Shown in pieces: positions 29,001 through 36,513 of a stretch of 64,000 nucleotides of DNA. The stretch is from an uncultured virus (IMG/VR IMGVR_UViG_3300044643_000328) (lineage: Duplodnaviria; Heunggongvirae; Uroviricota; Caudoviricetes). The DNA lies in IMG/VR virus record IMGVR_UViG_3300044643_000328, positions 1 through 64,000 of that record. One strand, written 5' to 3'. Made by a program: the position numbers and the translations under genes. The notes beneath the pieces were generated by a model, which saw only the letters and a list, made by a program, of their open reading frames with translations, was not told the DNA's origin and ran no database searches. The stretch's first letter is position 1, and the number at the start of each line of letters is the position of its first letter.

Positions 29001-30229
29001 CATCAATGATTGGTCAGCGTGAAATAGATGCTATTAAACAACGTCTTAGAGAAAGAAGTGGTGAGTTTGGAGATAGTAAGCTTAAGATTTTGTTTATGGG
29101 TGACTACTCACAGATTCCTCCTATTGGAGTGCGTCCTGATGAAGATGGATTTGCTATTAATCTAATGAAGAATCCATCTAAGAGTATTGGCCTATCTAAA
29201 GTAGAACGTACTAAGAATCAAGATATTACAGATCTTGGTTTTAGATTCCGTAGAGCTGTAGACTATTATAATCAGCAGTTAGAGAAAGGTATGCCTTCTG
29301 CGGCTACAGGCTTAAGAATTGAAAAGATGTTAGATAACACTGTAACTACATCTTCTGAGAATGTACTTTACACCTCAAACATTAAGAAGTTCTATACAGA
29401 CTATGTAAATATTTTTAAACAAGATCCGTTTAACTCTCAGAATGCTGTGATGATTGCTTACAATAATGAAAAGCATATTAACACTGTTACTATTAATAAC
29501 ATCTTAAGAACTAATTTATTTGGTGCTAAAGCTGAAGAGGGTTATTTTGTAGATGGAGAACCTATATTCTTAGGGTCTACAATCAACGCTAAAACAGAAA
29601 ACGGTAAAGCTATTGAGATGCCTAAGAATAGTAGAGTTGTTATCAAGTCTATTAAAAGTGTTGTTAAAACATATAACCTAGGTACTAATAGAAAAAGTGA
29701 TTTAATCAACGTACCTGTTTATGCTATAACTGCACATTACGGTAAACAGGTTGTTAGCTTTGATGCCTTTGATAAAAAGTTTGTTGAGCAGTTTATACCT
29801 TCTAGATATGATAGTCAAAGGAAAGGATATATTTTAGAAGATGGATCATTCTTACCTTACTTTAAATATATGAGATTGAAAGACAGTGGAATAACTGATG
29901 TTTTCCATGGATATATAATGTCAGCTCATAAAGTTCAAGGTCAGACTTATAATCATCCTTTTGTACATGATAAGAACATAGCACAACATGTGCGTCCGAG
30001 CATGCAATCAGGAGAAATGATTCTTACTCCTAAGTCTTATGCTCAGATACTTTATACTGCTGTATCACGTGCTAGAAATAAGGTGTACGTACTTACAAAT
30101 ACTGTAGCTAATGAAACAGGTGCTTTTGTACAGCCAACTTTTGAGAACCCAATGAAGTCAGTAGGTACACAAGTAACTGCTGCTGAGTTTCCTACTGAAC
30201 TAGAATTAGAAAATCAATGTAAATTATAA
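20075..30229 (+). CDS. Virion-packaged DNA-dependent RNA polymerase (crAss-like two-barrel RNAP) fused to SLOG-like, zincin and SF1B (Dda/RecD-like) helicase domains
   Basis: RIPNQGHSSM...GSDFDVDK (DFDVD at 24140-24154); HSGGAIGADSAW...GGTGWAV...FAGIGSR (~26990-27520); HEVMH (27992-28006); GPGGTGKT (28700-28723), DEASMI, GDYSQIPP, HKVQGQTY, YTAVSRAR. The ATG at 20075 (MACKY) is preferred over the GTG at 20066. Confidence 0.88.
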   Translation: MACKYILNGREYTEKELLNLASSASSLMSVRTRTNNEMIEIMKNQASNRFVNLDLFTPYQENNYISAISADVISQIGTFKPGEKVKISPSEAFLKTKARFENSLKVYTYLAEKLDTPAKLSQARKTKEYIKKFPQLLLTPTIDDLQSMKSTYGNILDNFEGFKTKVKVNLKKFGLKVEEGSNKFQELKLDEEYYRNIVNEDANVEEITEDERVINESYEDGSAFRVNPRDTASTRVKLFFATVPSGRTGALGLKEFVTYDDVIENFLEIGSELENVNYDNLQAELLQRSKTRPYLKNVASMIAGLQKDGNTQLLNEILTFANKSFQEQILVKWNPAGNAGVNVEIIKSNRNTVIRQIYNDWLEQQKASDIITNKNGELVVNTEKAAELKKTLDEAVAGSPEVKKAWVKSFMASIGVTYTDEMLDYLEEAANNGEFKKNNLNSNFAQLFLSNNLFSIIVNKYNTAPTGKAEVGYDDANNALKDEFTSFSKLAEIYYRHTPGRYHTGSTRNGENKSIYSYIAPSYLERMKKKLNYSKTFLETVLKRSFAKNSTVLKNYEASKRTGANNVTLDIFYADSLKRDKKNRDGVVRKKQSVKEQMFEAIIKHQNSGRKTGYYNIFTLSDKTVTPVLHIDKYKLNDKEQRRSGKDLIFKQTTGDVRDSFDFGETFKNQLYNLVEAEVNRIVDYSKQLQAGNKLKQANFDKAFELFYLFPILNQSSKDPKGKKLEEIRNRMYEGKTPSKEDVDYIKNAVTENFKDKTLKLIKTMTKNGLINYSKSPTTGELLFNFPFFDSSYMTQSELNGLSDLQKAIYAAADFEFNYLRTQVTALQLLGADPALYYKEPSSLKNANLADLTLAQKTSVVRSTMDEFSKRAAMFIAPGSQGVWKWYDAKGNLVDRSSYKAITINDVKKDTELFKDVETTDAQEFITLQEHIDRMMSEGRIPLDVWQSITDRLGKKNQIENFQLSDREKAMVLQPAKPVHTNSVENGNGFNRIDYVKSSTYPLIPDITRGTQLDDLRKFMESNNIRSANFKTAKKTGQPEKVLTVFDENENFITPSNADLAAGVQTLGREGLHTQQEIPLQKDEISNISQANRVLFDGLLTVQDFILENTSFTGQQLKDLKENIRINLFDKAKNDLVRRFGIEERGSGVVFKNKKALEQLLREEALERNFSINDIAAIKLDKDGDLIIPPYLMARGEKFEGLINSLVTKIVRLKNPGTSLVQVSGVASKLKLNELNKDTKNDIIWLPNYDATKGLQYMRKTKEGVKPAQVLVSQFIRDEEGNLIDLSKFVTEDKKTGIKTLDTSSFSEELFQLVASRIPNQGHSSMLPIEVVGFLPSYMENTIVVPDGITKQMGSDFDVDKLFAYTSSLRLRYSKETENKVIALEKEMLNIKNKSEAENTELYKNYLSKQELATIKQLKEDKNEIVNKLKWNISDKEKARKQKSIDSINTLIESVYENIREKYADEYLKIRQVQEKNKQATRKELDDLRNQIVEAKSKGIVGADKVKYDISKYDEKQGWESLSSLNEDELHQMYRDLHWSVLTHRSAFDKITKSIDFNDIKEEADMLEAMGLFKSDITYSPMGFEEQVQIFNDNKSGKLGTGIFASLGSFLADNQDKSIVLGHIDPKSQKIVLDPVVVLDENGEKLELSNITAPGSTGDTKANTRTKGDNNSMTLSESLDNSKNKNLYKFNWSEETMGALSALIALSDQNGKILRINFATRFFKQPIIEDFVSEIQSARDTLSDYTPDVKDAVMNKVSKRYFDMMSQQAQDKMIEDTKNGEYKEEVFGPGNLKEMLQDSLGEPADMDSYAKKQIDALMLFDRLSTIGSELSGVIGASYVYTKGVGSSVFDVIDGIRKLGRLNKSAVFLGLNNLAGKVDVQVDNGRYSIEEPIGEIGHSIDRSLLFAEKLYRELYPVHFSSFYNTVSEKIFNGLNVDKNTVGSSRFIKLNKEIIKGVRSYLFTNSTLNISDNAAQERERLLIDTAENKSLAKRINEAKLAYPELEENYFIKNLGLKLSTKDGLPSQVYYKSPFGDIDEIENNKGFLSLIFSGNDEQIQIAKDLALYTYLTGANQTNSSFGKFIPIEYFISDADFLAGVKGFKKDVFNTGLPQFYRQFVQNNPDMATRLTKETAAELTKLGNVEKFSIDTTNDLHYRLLVKTGPADNTLAREKFADFISYTDPQSKQVYLYERTSAMNIGKYERINTLGTRKAGFSEYMMNEKQVPSVLPINMTAAQLAEYKVKYPDAPGIEDSIDVDSLADGMLEDDINLDNLLDQADMFDNIDLDVMAAREPMVQQPKQVGKPSEYTNHSGGAIGADSAWDTIGREFGVVNHNHYYFGAKTPKGNVELTKEQLEEGVAQMRKAAEVLGKNPQKASTVNLLARNWFQVKNSDQVVAIAPIDDNKMFVEGGTGWAVAMAQANNKETHVFNLKDNSWYTWNGKEFAASGVPVLSKNFAGIGSRQDNGKMTEESLQAIFDVYDNTFNSVRTETSIADVSTQINPTEEIVITDPTDTLNLDDMLGMDMDDTTEINLEELQNQPVEFGQAQTDPVVKELIPNMDGDNSVKTVLNNIFKTTTNPFFKDLIKILGQSGSIKDANVIIDNEMAHPGTYAPGIIRINAELAKKDNPKQTAKANLETVIMHEVMHAATADILKRFRENKASLNKRQIIFATGLTNMFKDLQERMIDSEEHGPKLTEVIDKLFGSNQDVDLSPKEKSMYYGLTNVDEFVSMIMTDRTFQQFMNQTMYNENTNTSILERFKEMLRNLVASLADIIGVKIDNKSALYNGVDTIVKLITEPDIQDHSDEETINGDPNEGQLNMDDINNPQDTTTQDFYMLKTPNGSFKANEDQIIAIDTVSEFLNKPTTEKLEDNVFLLYGPGGTGKTASVASAINKALSNTAEKVKVGYTAISHTAKGELVRAGNEEAVTLASLLGSRPKINSAGEETFDLIPLSEYTDGDKPKPYPPIFTVDWLVIDEASMIGQREIDAIKQRLRERSGEFGDSKLKILFMGDYSQIPPIGVRPDEDGFAINLMKNPSKSIGLSKVERTKNQDITDLGFRFRRAVDYYNQQLEKGMPSAATGLRIEKMLDNTVTTSSENVLYTSNIKKFYTDYVNIFKQDPFNSQNAVMIAYNNEKHINTVTINNILRTNLFGAKAEEGYFVDGEPIFLGSTINAKTENGKAIEMPKNSRVVIKSIKSVVKTYNLGTNRKSDLINVPVYAITAHYGKQVVSFDAFDKKFVEQFIPSRYDSQRKGYILEDGSFLPYFKYMRLKDSGITDVFHGYIMSAHKVQGQTYNHPFVHDKNIAQHVRPSMQSGEMILTPKSYAQILYTAVSRARNKVYVLTNTVANETGAFVQPTFENPMKSVGTQVTAAEFPTELELENQCKL

Positions 30230-30231
30230 CT

Positions 30232-33200
30232 ATGGCTTGTCTTGTAAAAAGATCACAAAATGCAATTGATAGTGTATACTTACCAGGTGGTGAAGTAAAA
30301 TCTACAGCTTACTATAATATACTTAGTGAGGTAATGAAAGGCGTACCTAGTGATGTAATTCTAAATGTAAAACAATCTTTAGAGGGTTATGTAGGTAAGT
30401 TTATTAAAAACTCTACAGATCCTAGTGAGGTGGCCCTTGGTTTATATGCTAACTTGTATTCTAAAGATTTTAAATCTTGGTATGGTAATGACTGGACAAC
30501 CACTGGTGAAGAACCAAAGGTTGTAACAGTTGATGGTATGAAAGTATTTAAGAATGCTAAAGGAGAGATTAGAAGCATTTATAACACGGGTAGTCAGAAA
30601 CAAAGTAAAGCTGATTACTATAGATCAGTAGCCACTAGAAAAACTAGTGATCTTACTGACTATGTAAGAAAGACTATACAGGTTTTAAACTTACGTATTA
30701 AAGAAGCAAGACAGCTTAGAGATAAGGTTAACAATAACCCTAAGCTTTCCTTTGAAGAAAAGACTAAGCAAGCTAAGCGTTTTAATGACGTTATAGCTGA
30801 CTCTATAGAAAAGAAGACCCAGTTAAAAGAAAAGAATGAGCTTGAGTATTTATACTTGACAGCTGAAACTGATCTTGATATGGCTACAGATGTGCTACGT
30901 AATAGCAGCAGATCTACTATGGGTGATATCCGTATAGCTTACCGTGCGGTAGAAGCTTGGAAGAATATCATTATGATATTAGGAGTTAAAAACTTATCAG
31001 AGTTATCTAATGATGATGCTAAGCGTATCTCTGCTATAGAAGCAAGAAGTATTAATCTTAGTCGTGAGCTTACAGATATCTCTGTAAAACTTATTGCTAA
31101 GACTTTCTCTAGTGAAAACAAAGAGATCAAGCCTGATGACTTATACAATCATCTGAAAGGTCTAGAGGATGTAAACTGGATCAGCTCTCAAACTAGAGAC
31201 ATTAGTACAACAGGTATACCTATTGTTAGTCTATTGGCTAAAATAATTCAAGAAGCCAACCTTAAGATTGATAAAGAGCATAATAAAAACTATCAAAGGA
31301 TTGATGATGCTTATAACAAGATTAAAGGTAATACTGAAATTAAAGCTAACGGCTTTAATATTTTCTTTAAAGAACAGTCTAAAAAGATTGGTGATAATAT
31401 AATTAAGACTTTAGGTTTAGTTGGTCGTTACTCTCAGAGCTATTATGATACTATGAGAGCTAAGCGTAAAGTGTTAAACAACACTTTAGAAGCTGCCGGT
31501 AACGATAACGTTAAAAAGAAAGAGGCATACGATCAGTATAACACTTGGGTAGCTAAGAATACAATCTTATTTAATGCTGTACCTTTTTTACAGATGGATA
31601 AATATACTGATGATCAAAGAGTCAGTGTAGTTAATGATTTGTTAGCTCAAGGGTTTACTCGTGATGAGATTGCTGATATCGTTAAAGAATCAGAAAGATT
31701 ATATAATAAGTTCTTAGATCAGAAGAAGCGTTACGCTATTGATCTAGAAGTAGATTATGAAAATAATAAATTAGCTGTACCAGATGGTCAGACTAAAGAA
31801 CAATATATTAATAGTCTTGTAGAGAAGTGGGATAATGACCACAACCCTATTAAGTTTATTGATCAAATGATGCAGCCAAAGCTTATAGCAAACTATGCTT
31901 ATAAGGGTATGTATTATACTATTAAGATACCACGTAAAACGGTAGATAATAAGGATAGCGGATACTACGATCAGAACTTTACTCGTATTGCTGCTAATAA
32001 AGACTTGTATGAATTCTATACATTCTTTAGAGATTTTATAAAAGAAAACTTATCTTATCTTCCTGAAGAGGAGATTGATGACTTACAGTCTAACTTCTTA
32101 CCTGTTATTACAGAAAAGATTGCTCAAGAGTATGGGCTTACTAATTTAAAAGAAGCCACTAAAGGTCTTGGTGATTGGTTTATGAATACGTTTACGTCTA
32201 TAGACTACCAGCGTAGAGAAACAGTAGATCCAGTTACTGGTAAAAAAGTTTACAACTTACAGCCTAAGTTCATTAATGAAGAGGTTGCTGTAGAAGATCG
32301 TTCTAAGGACATGGTTGTGATGATGAAAATGTTTGGTGATATGGGTCTTGTATACAAGCATAAGCTGCAGGTGCAAGATTACGTTGATGCTATGAATGAA
32401 ATCATTCAGAACACTGGTAAGACAATGAGTGTAAACAACTTTGGTGAAGTTAAAGTTGAAACTGTAGCTCCTAAGAATACTCAGGCTATGGTTGAGTCTG
32501 AAATTAAAAGAAGTTTTTACGGGGCTCCTGTAGAAGAGTCTATGGTGTACCAAGGTAGAAAGTTCTATAATGCTAAAGAGCTTATAACGTTAGGTACTCA
32601 CAAGTCTGAAAAGTATAGAAAAGCTCAAGAGCTTGAAAATAAGATTAAAGATTTAAATAAGGAATTAGAAAAAGATTCTTTAACTGATATAGAAAGGGTT
32701 AATATTGAGAAAGAAATTAACAAGCTTAAGTCAGAGCATTCTAACTTAGGTGGTAGATTGTTTAGTCTTACCAAAACTCTTGACAGTAATATCAAGTATT
32801 CAAGACTTGTTGCGTTAGCTTTCCAACCCTTTTCTGCTCTACGTAACCTTTTGATTGGTGGTGTTAATAATGTTATTCATGCTACCGGTGCTAGAGATTT
32901 TAACTCTGCTGAGTTAAGAACAGCTACTGCAATGATTAAAGGTTCTATAACTAAGTTCTGGACTAAAGGTAATGTGGTTTCTGAAGATGCTGCTAAGCTC
33001 CTTAAGTTTATGTTAGATACAGGAACTGTAGAAGGTGAAGACGGTTTATACAGGGCTAATATAATTAATAAAAAGACTACTGCTGATAAGATACTAGAGA
33101 AGCTACCTAATGCATTCACTTTAATGAAAGGTACTGACTTTTTATTTAAATCTCAGACTGCTTTAGCCATGGCTTTAAATACTAAGATTGTCACTGAAAA

Positions 33201-34044
33201 AGGTGAGGTGTCTTTGTATAAAGCTTTAACTGATAACTTAGAATTTAACGAAGAGTTATATGGTAAGTATAATCCTGAATTAAATGGTGGGTTAGAGTTT
33301 GAAGACCTTTATGATAAGTTTATGTTAAAGACAGGTCAAGTAGCTAAAAGACTACACGGCTTGGCTACTAACAGAACAGGTATAATGGGTAAGGATAACG
33401 TTATGGGTAGACTACTGTTCTTATTTAAGACTTGGCTTCCTGAAACTGTAGCTAACCGTTATGAGTCTAGAAAGTATGATGAGTTTCTAGAAAGAGATGT
33501 AGAAGGTTATTTTAGAACTTTAGGTAGATTGGCTTTTGTAGAAGAAGGTGTTCCTTATGCTTTTAAAGCAATGCTTAGAGCTACGTTCTCAGATAACACT
33601 GATGATCTTGATGATTTAGAAAAAGAAAACTTACGTAAAGCTTTTAGTGAGTTAGTAGCTATTATAAGTATTACAAGCATATACCTTGCAATCAAAGGTT
33701 TAGCTCCAGATGAAGATGATGAGGAAAGAAAGAAATGGAATATGGTTATAAACCAGATGGAGTTATTAAAAAGAGACTTAACGTTTTATATTGACACTGA
33801 CTCTTTAGGTGATCTTACAACTCAGATGGTTCCTTCTATTACATCTTTAAATAACTTAAAGACTGCACTGTGGGCTGCGTTGTATCATTACCCTGCCGGT
33901 ATTACTGGCTTAGAAACTAATGATGATGGGGAACCTCTATATGATGGTGAACGTACTATTTTAAAAGTAACTAAAGCAATACCTGGATTGAATAACATTA
34001 ACAGAATGATATACTATCAGAAGAAGTTATCAGATGCTAGATAG
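30232..34044 (+). CDS. Giant ejected protein following the RNAP (third of the triplet)
   Basis: 1270 aa, helical, with a C-terminal GRLLFLFKTWLP...EGYFRT segment and a hydrophobic helix, as in crAss-like post-RNAP proteins. Starts MAC, which holds its only Cys. Confidence 0.6.
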   Translation: MACLVKRSQNAIDSVYLPGGEVKSTAYYNILSEVMKGVPSDVILNVKQSLEGYVGKFIKNSTDPSEVALGLYANLYSKDFKSWYGNDWTTTGEEPKVVTVDGMKVFKNAKGEIRSIYNTGSQKQSKADYYRSVATRKTSDLTDYVRKTIQVLNLRIKEARQLRDKVNNNPKLSFEEKTKQAKRFNDVIADSIEKKTQLKEKNELEYLYLTAETDLDMATDVLRNSSRSTMGDIRIAYRAVEAWKNIIMILGVKNLSELSNDDAKRISAIEARSINLSRELTDISVKLIAKTFSSENKEIKPDDLYNHLKGLEDVNWISSQTRDISTTGIPIVSLLAKIIQEANLKIDKEHNKNYQRIDDAYNKIKGNTEIKANGFNIFFKEQSKKIGDNIIKTLGLVGRYSQSYYDTMRAKRKVLNNTLEAAGNDNVKKKEAYDQYNTWVAKNTILFNAVPFLQMDKYTDDQRVSVVNDLLAQGFTRDEIADIVKESERLYNKFLDQKKRYAIDLEVDYENNKLAVPDGQTKEQYINSLVEKWDNDHNPIKFIDQMMQPKLIANYAYKGMYYTIKIPRKTVDNKDSGYYDQNFTRIAANKDLYEFYTFFRDFIKENLSYLPEEEIDDLQSNFLPVITEKIAQEYGLTNLKEATKGLGDWFMNTFTSIDYQRRETVDPVTGKKVYNLQPKFINEEVAVEDRSKDMVVMMKMFGDMGLVYKHKLQVQDYVDAMNEIIQNTGKTMSVNNFGEVKVETVAPKNTQAMVESEIKRSFYGAPVEESMVYQGRKFYNAKELITLGTHKSEKYRKAQELENKIKDLNKELEKDSLTDIERVNIEKEINKLKSEHSNLGGRLFSLTKTLDSNIKYSRLVALAFQPFSALRNLLIGGVNNVIHATGARDFNSAELRTATAMIKGSITKFWTKGNVVSEDAAKLLKFMLDTGTVEGEDGLYRANIINKKTTADKILEKLPNAFTLMKGTDFLFKSQTALAMALNTKIVTEKGEVSLYKALTDNLEFNEELYGKYNPELNGGLEFEDLYDKFMLKTGQVAKRLHGLATNRTGIMGKDNVMGRLLFLFKTWLPETVANRYESRKYDEFLERDVEGYFRTLGRLAFVEEGVPYAFKAMLRATFSDNTDDLDDLEKENLRKAFSELVAIISITSIYLAIKGLAPDEDDEERKKWNMVINQMELLKRDLTFYIDTDSLGDLTTQMVPSITSLNNLKTALWAALYHYPAGITGLETNDDGEPLYDGERTILKVTKAIPGLNNINRMIYYQKKLSDAR

Positions 34045-34047
34045 AAT

Positions 34048-34080
34048 AAAAAAAAGAGAGGAACTAATCCTCTCTTTTTT
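34048..34080. terminator. Bidirectional intrinsic terminator between convergent gene blocks
   Basis: aaaaaagagagga-actaa-tcctctctttttt is a perfect inverted repeat with A/T tails on both sides. Confidence 0.8.
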
Positions 34081-34246
34081 CTTTATCTCTTATGATACTA
34101 AACCTGACTGAGAATAATAAGAATCCAAAGTCAAGTTCTTTTCTTACCCATTGGTGAGTCTCATCGTACTCTTCGTATCTATGTAAAGATAGACCAATGC
34201 TAAAGATGAAATAGTGTGGGTCAAATACTACAATTTTTATATCCAT
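34064..34246 (-). CDS. Hypothetical protein
   Basis: 60-aa ORF with an A-rich leader; last gene of the minus-strand block. Confidence 0.5.
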   Translation of the reverse strand: MDIKIVVFDPHYFIFSIGLSLHRYEEYDETHQWVRKELDFGFLLFSVRFSIIRDKEKRED

Positions 34247-34263
34247 TTATTTATTATTTTCTA

Positions 34264-34686
34264 CTATGAATGGGGGTGCTTGCCTATGTAGCAATCTTCT
34301 GGCCAACCCATGTGTTTTTTAAATCCATTTATCAAGCTATGGATATTGCTAGCACCTACAGGGTTGTGACTGTGAACAGAACAGCCCTTTAAAGGTACGT
34401 TTTTTTCTTGACAATATTCTACTAACCATTTAGCACAATCTAAACCAGTCTTCTCAGTGTATTCATGATAGTTTGGATGCTGGTACCCCAACGCTAGTTT
34501 CTGTTTAAAATAATCGTCTATATGCTCTTCGGCTAAGTCATGATCAAATGATATAAGATCAGGAATACCGTGAGTGTTAATCCACTCTGTAAACTGTGCG
34601 TAGTTTCTAACTACAAACCAAGGCTCGTACCCTGGAATAGTTTCTGTAGGAGTACGCAGGTCATCTAAGTATAGTGCTTTTTTCAT
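34264..34686 (-). CDS. Cyclic-phosphate-processing receiver-like domain protein
   Basis: Motif pattern LYLDDLR...ISFDHDL...TGLDCAKWL...VHSHNPVG. Confidence 0.75.
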   Translation of the reverse strand: MKKALYLDDLRTPTETIPGYEPWFVVRNYAQFTEWINTHGIPDLISFDHDLAEEHIDDYFKQKLALGYQHPNYHEYTEKTGLDCAKWLVEYCQEKNVPLKGCSVHSHNPVGASNIHSLINGFKKHMGWPEDCYIGKHPHS

Positions 34687-34841
34687 AATTCTATGTTAAG
34701 TAATGTTTCTTTAGAATTTCTAAATACCAACCTAATACCATTACATCTGTATCTTCTAACAGCTCTTCTAAGAATTCTTTTTATATAACTGTCTTCTATA
34801 CCTGTAGAAGAAAGTCTATTGATTATCTGTTGGTTTTTCAT
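34683..34841 (-). CDS. Small basic hypothetical protein (not in the ORF track)
   Basis: MKNQQIINRLSSTGIEDSYIKRILRRAVRRYRCNGIRLVFRNSKETLLNIEL*, 52 aa. Fills the gap and overlaps the next gene as ATGA. Confidence 0.45.
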   Translation of the reverse strand: MKNQQIINRLSSTGIEDSYIKRILRRAVRRYRCNGIRLVFRNSKETLLNIEL

Positions 34842-35001
34842 ACTTCTTTTCTAGTTTAGTATTATTTTTCTTGTGGGGCTTTGTATAAGGACAGTGCCTA
34901 CACCCATTACCACAACAGCTCCCACGTTTGATGTGAAAGCTGGCAGTAAATATTACCCTATCGTTCTCTGTGTAATAATCTTGATCCTCAATTAATGGCA
35001 T
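34816..35001 (-). CDS. DUF5522-like Cys-rich small protein
   Basis: DYY.EN.RVIFT..FHIKRGSCCGNGCRHCPY. Confidence 0.8.
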   Translation of the reverse strand: MPLIEDQDYYTENDRVIFTASFHIKRGSCCGNGCRHCPYTKPHKKNNTKLEKKYEKPTDNQ

Positions 35002-35377
35002 CTCTTAACAGTTTTTCACATTTATTTTGCCAGCCGTTCATATGTACATCTACCATAGGTACGTTACACTGAGTCTTTCTAGCATAATCAAATTCTGTTT
35101 CATTGTCGTCAAGGTGCCATACAAAGTTGGTACCGTTTAGATACTTGTGCTTCCACTCCATACAAGTAAATCTTACATGATGTCTAGGAATACCTAGTTT
35201 ATCTACTACTTCCCATAGATCATCTAGTGTAGCGTTCTGAGGATATTTATGTTTGTGGTTTTCATCCCATCTGGTAGTAACTACCCATACTTCTATGCCA
35301 TCTTCTATTAATTCTTTAGCATAGTGTTGAACATCTTTATTTTCTAATGTTCCGTCAAAGTCAAAGCTTACTTTCAT
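34988..35377 (-). CDS. HAD-superfamily phosphatase
   Basis: VSFDFDGTL (motif I), VVTTR (motif II), HLDD (motif IV). Confidence 0.75.
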   Translation of the reverse strand: MKVSFDFDGTLENKDVQHYAKELIEDGIEVWVVTTRWDENHKHKYPQNATLDDLWEVVDKLGIPRHHVRFTCMEWKHKYLNGTNFVWHLDDNETEFDYARKTQCNVPMVDVHMNGWQNKCEKLLRDAIN

Positions 35378-35378
35378 A

Positions 35379-35483
35379 TTATTTTGTTATCCATTTTATA
35401 ATGTTGTACCACAATGTAAAGCTAGTAGCAGCTGCAACTATACTTACTAATATAAAGTCCCAGTTCCATTTACTCCGTTTCAT
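35379..35483 (-). CDS. Small membrane peptide (not in the ORF track)
   Basis: MKRSKWNWDFILVSIVAAATSFTLWYNIIKWITK*, 34 aa. Fills the gap between its neighbours. Confidence 0.4.
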   Translation of the reverse strand: MKRSKWNWDFILVSIVAAATSFTLWYNIIKWITK

Positions 35484-35739
35484 GATCCATAAAGTTTATA
35501 AATTCATAAGCTGCCATGGAATCTACTGACTTTAAATGGTCTAGAGATAATTCATATCTGCCGTTCTGTACTTGAGCTTCAAAGTTTACTTCATATAAGC
35601 TGTCTTTTATAATCATAACACTATCTAGCTCGTGCTGTAGCACTTGAACTTGTTTTACTTGTTCTTTTAAATCAAACATAGTATAAAACAATAGTGTTAT
35701 TGTACCTAAGCTTAATGCTGTAGTTATATATTTTTTCAT
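35470..35739 (-). CDS. Hypothetical protein with an N-terminal TM/signal segment and coiled coil
   Basis: 89 aa; hydrophobic N-terminus. Confidence 0.55.
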   Translation of the reverse strand: MKKYITTALSLGTITLLFYTMFDLKEQVKQVQVLQHELDSVMIIKDSLYEVNFEAQVQNGRYELSLDHLKSVDSMAAYEFINFMDHETE

Positions 35740-36011
35740 GTTAAAAAACGTTTTAAAGATTTTTCAATAAGCTCGTTATCTTCTTGTTTTATAGAAGATA
35801 GTCTACAAGCTACTTCTTTGTTTAATAATGGTGATAGTACTCTTTTCTTACTAGAGCAATGCTTCTGTACAGAGGTTGCTCTTATCCCTAATTTCTGACC
35901 AGCTTTACTAAAAGACTTGTATACTCCTATAAGTTTTTGATGTTCAGGATCATAAACTTTTATACAAGCATTGTTATGTAAAGTGTTTAACTCATTGTTT
36001 AACTGAATCAT
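35736..36011 (-). CDS. NUMOD1-like DNA-binding domain protein
   Basis: IKVYD...LIGVYKSFSKAGQKLGI...VQKHC pattern. Start placed at MIQLNNE. Confidence 0.5.
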   Translation of the reverse strand: MIQLNNELNTLHNNACIKVYDPEHQKLIGVYKSFSKAGQKLGIRATSVQKHCSSKKRVLSPLLNKEVACRLSSIKQEDNELIEKSLKRFLT

Positions 36012-36016
36012 TAATA

Positions 36017-36271
36017 TCAAACTGTTTTTAGTCCACAATAAAGATCTATAAAAGCCATTTCTCTTTCAGCTATTTTTTTATAGTATCTTTTCTTTTTTAA
36101 ATACTTAACTCCCCACGCTATCCACTCTTGTCTTTGAGCTTCAGTCATAGTCCATTGGAGATACCATTGATCTTTTCTACCAACAACGTCATCATAGCCG
36201 ACTTCTGGATAGCCGGCTATGATAAACATCTGGTCAATAATAGCTTTAGCTACATCAATCTTTCGAGCCAT
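36017..36271 (-). CDS. Hypothetical protein
   Basis: 84-aa ORF in a tightly packed operon. Confidence 0.55.
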   Translation of the reverse strand: MARKIDVAKAIIDQMFIIAGYPEVGYDDVVGRKDQWYLQWTMTEAQRQEWIAWGVKYLKKKRYYKKIAEREMAFIDLYCGLKTV

Positions 36272-36485
36272 AATAAATCTTTCTTACTTTACTACCTAAC
36301 TCGTTATCATTAGGAGTGTTTATAATAGTAGATTCTGGTACTAAAATCTGAGTACGATTAGTACCGCTAGTGTAACATTTACTGCATAGCTGACCTAAAC
36401 CTTCCACGTAACCATTTCTCATGTCTACGTGTGTTGATTCGTCATATGCGGTTTCTACACCACAGGATACGCAACAATCTTTCAT
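36255..36485 (-). CDS. Small Zn-finger protein
   Basis: CVSC...YVEGLGQLCSKC. Confidence 0.6.
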   Translation of the reverse strand: MKDCCVSCGVETAYDESTHVDMRNGYVEGLGQLCSKCYTSGTNRTQILVPESTIINTPNDNELGSKVRKIYYGSKD

Positions 36486-36513
36486 AGCTGGTTTGTTTAT
36501 AAAATTAAAGTTA

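Noticed and set aside
391..33119. Numerous short antisense or alternate-frame ORFs inside the large plus-strand genes
   Set aside because: They are fully nested shadows of long ORFs, with no motifs or independent start context.
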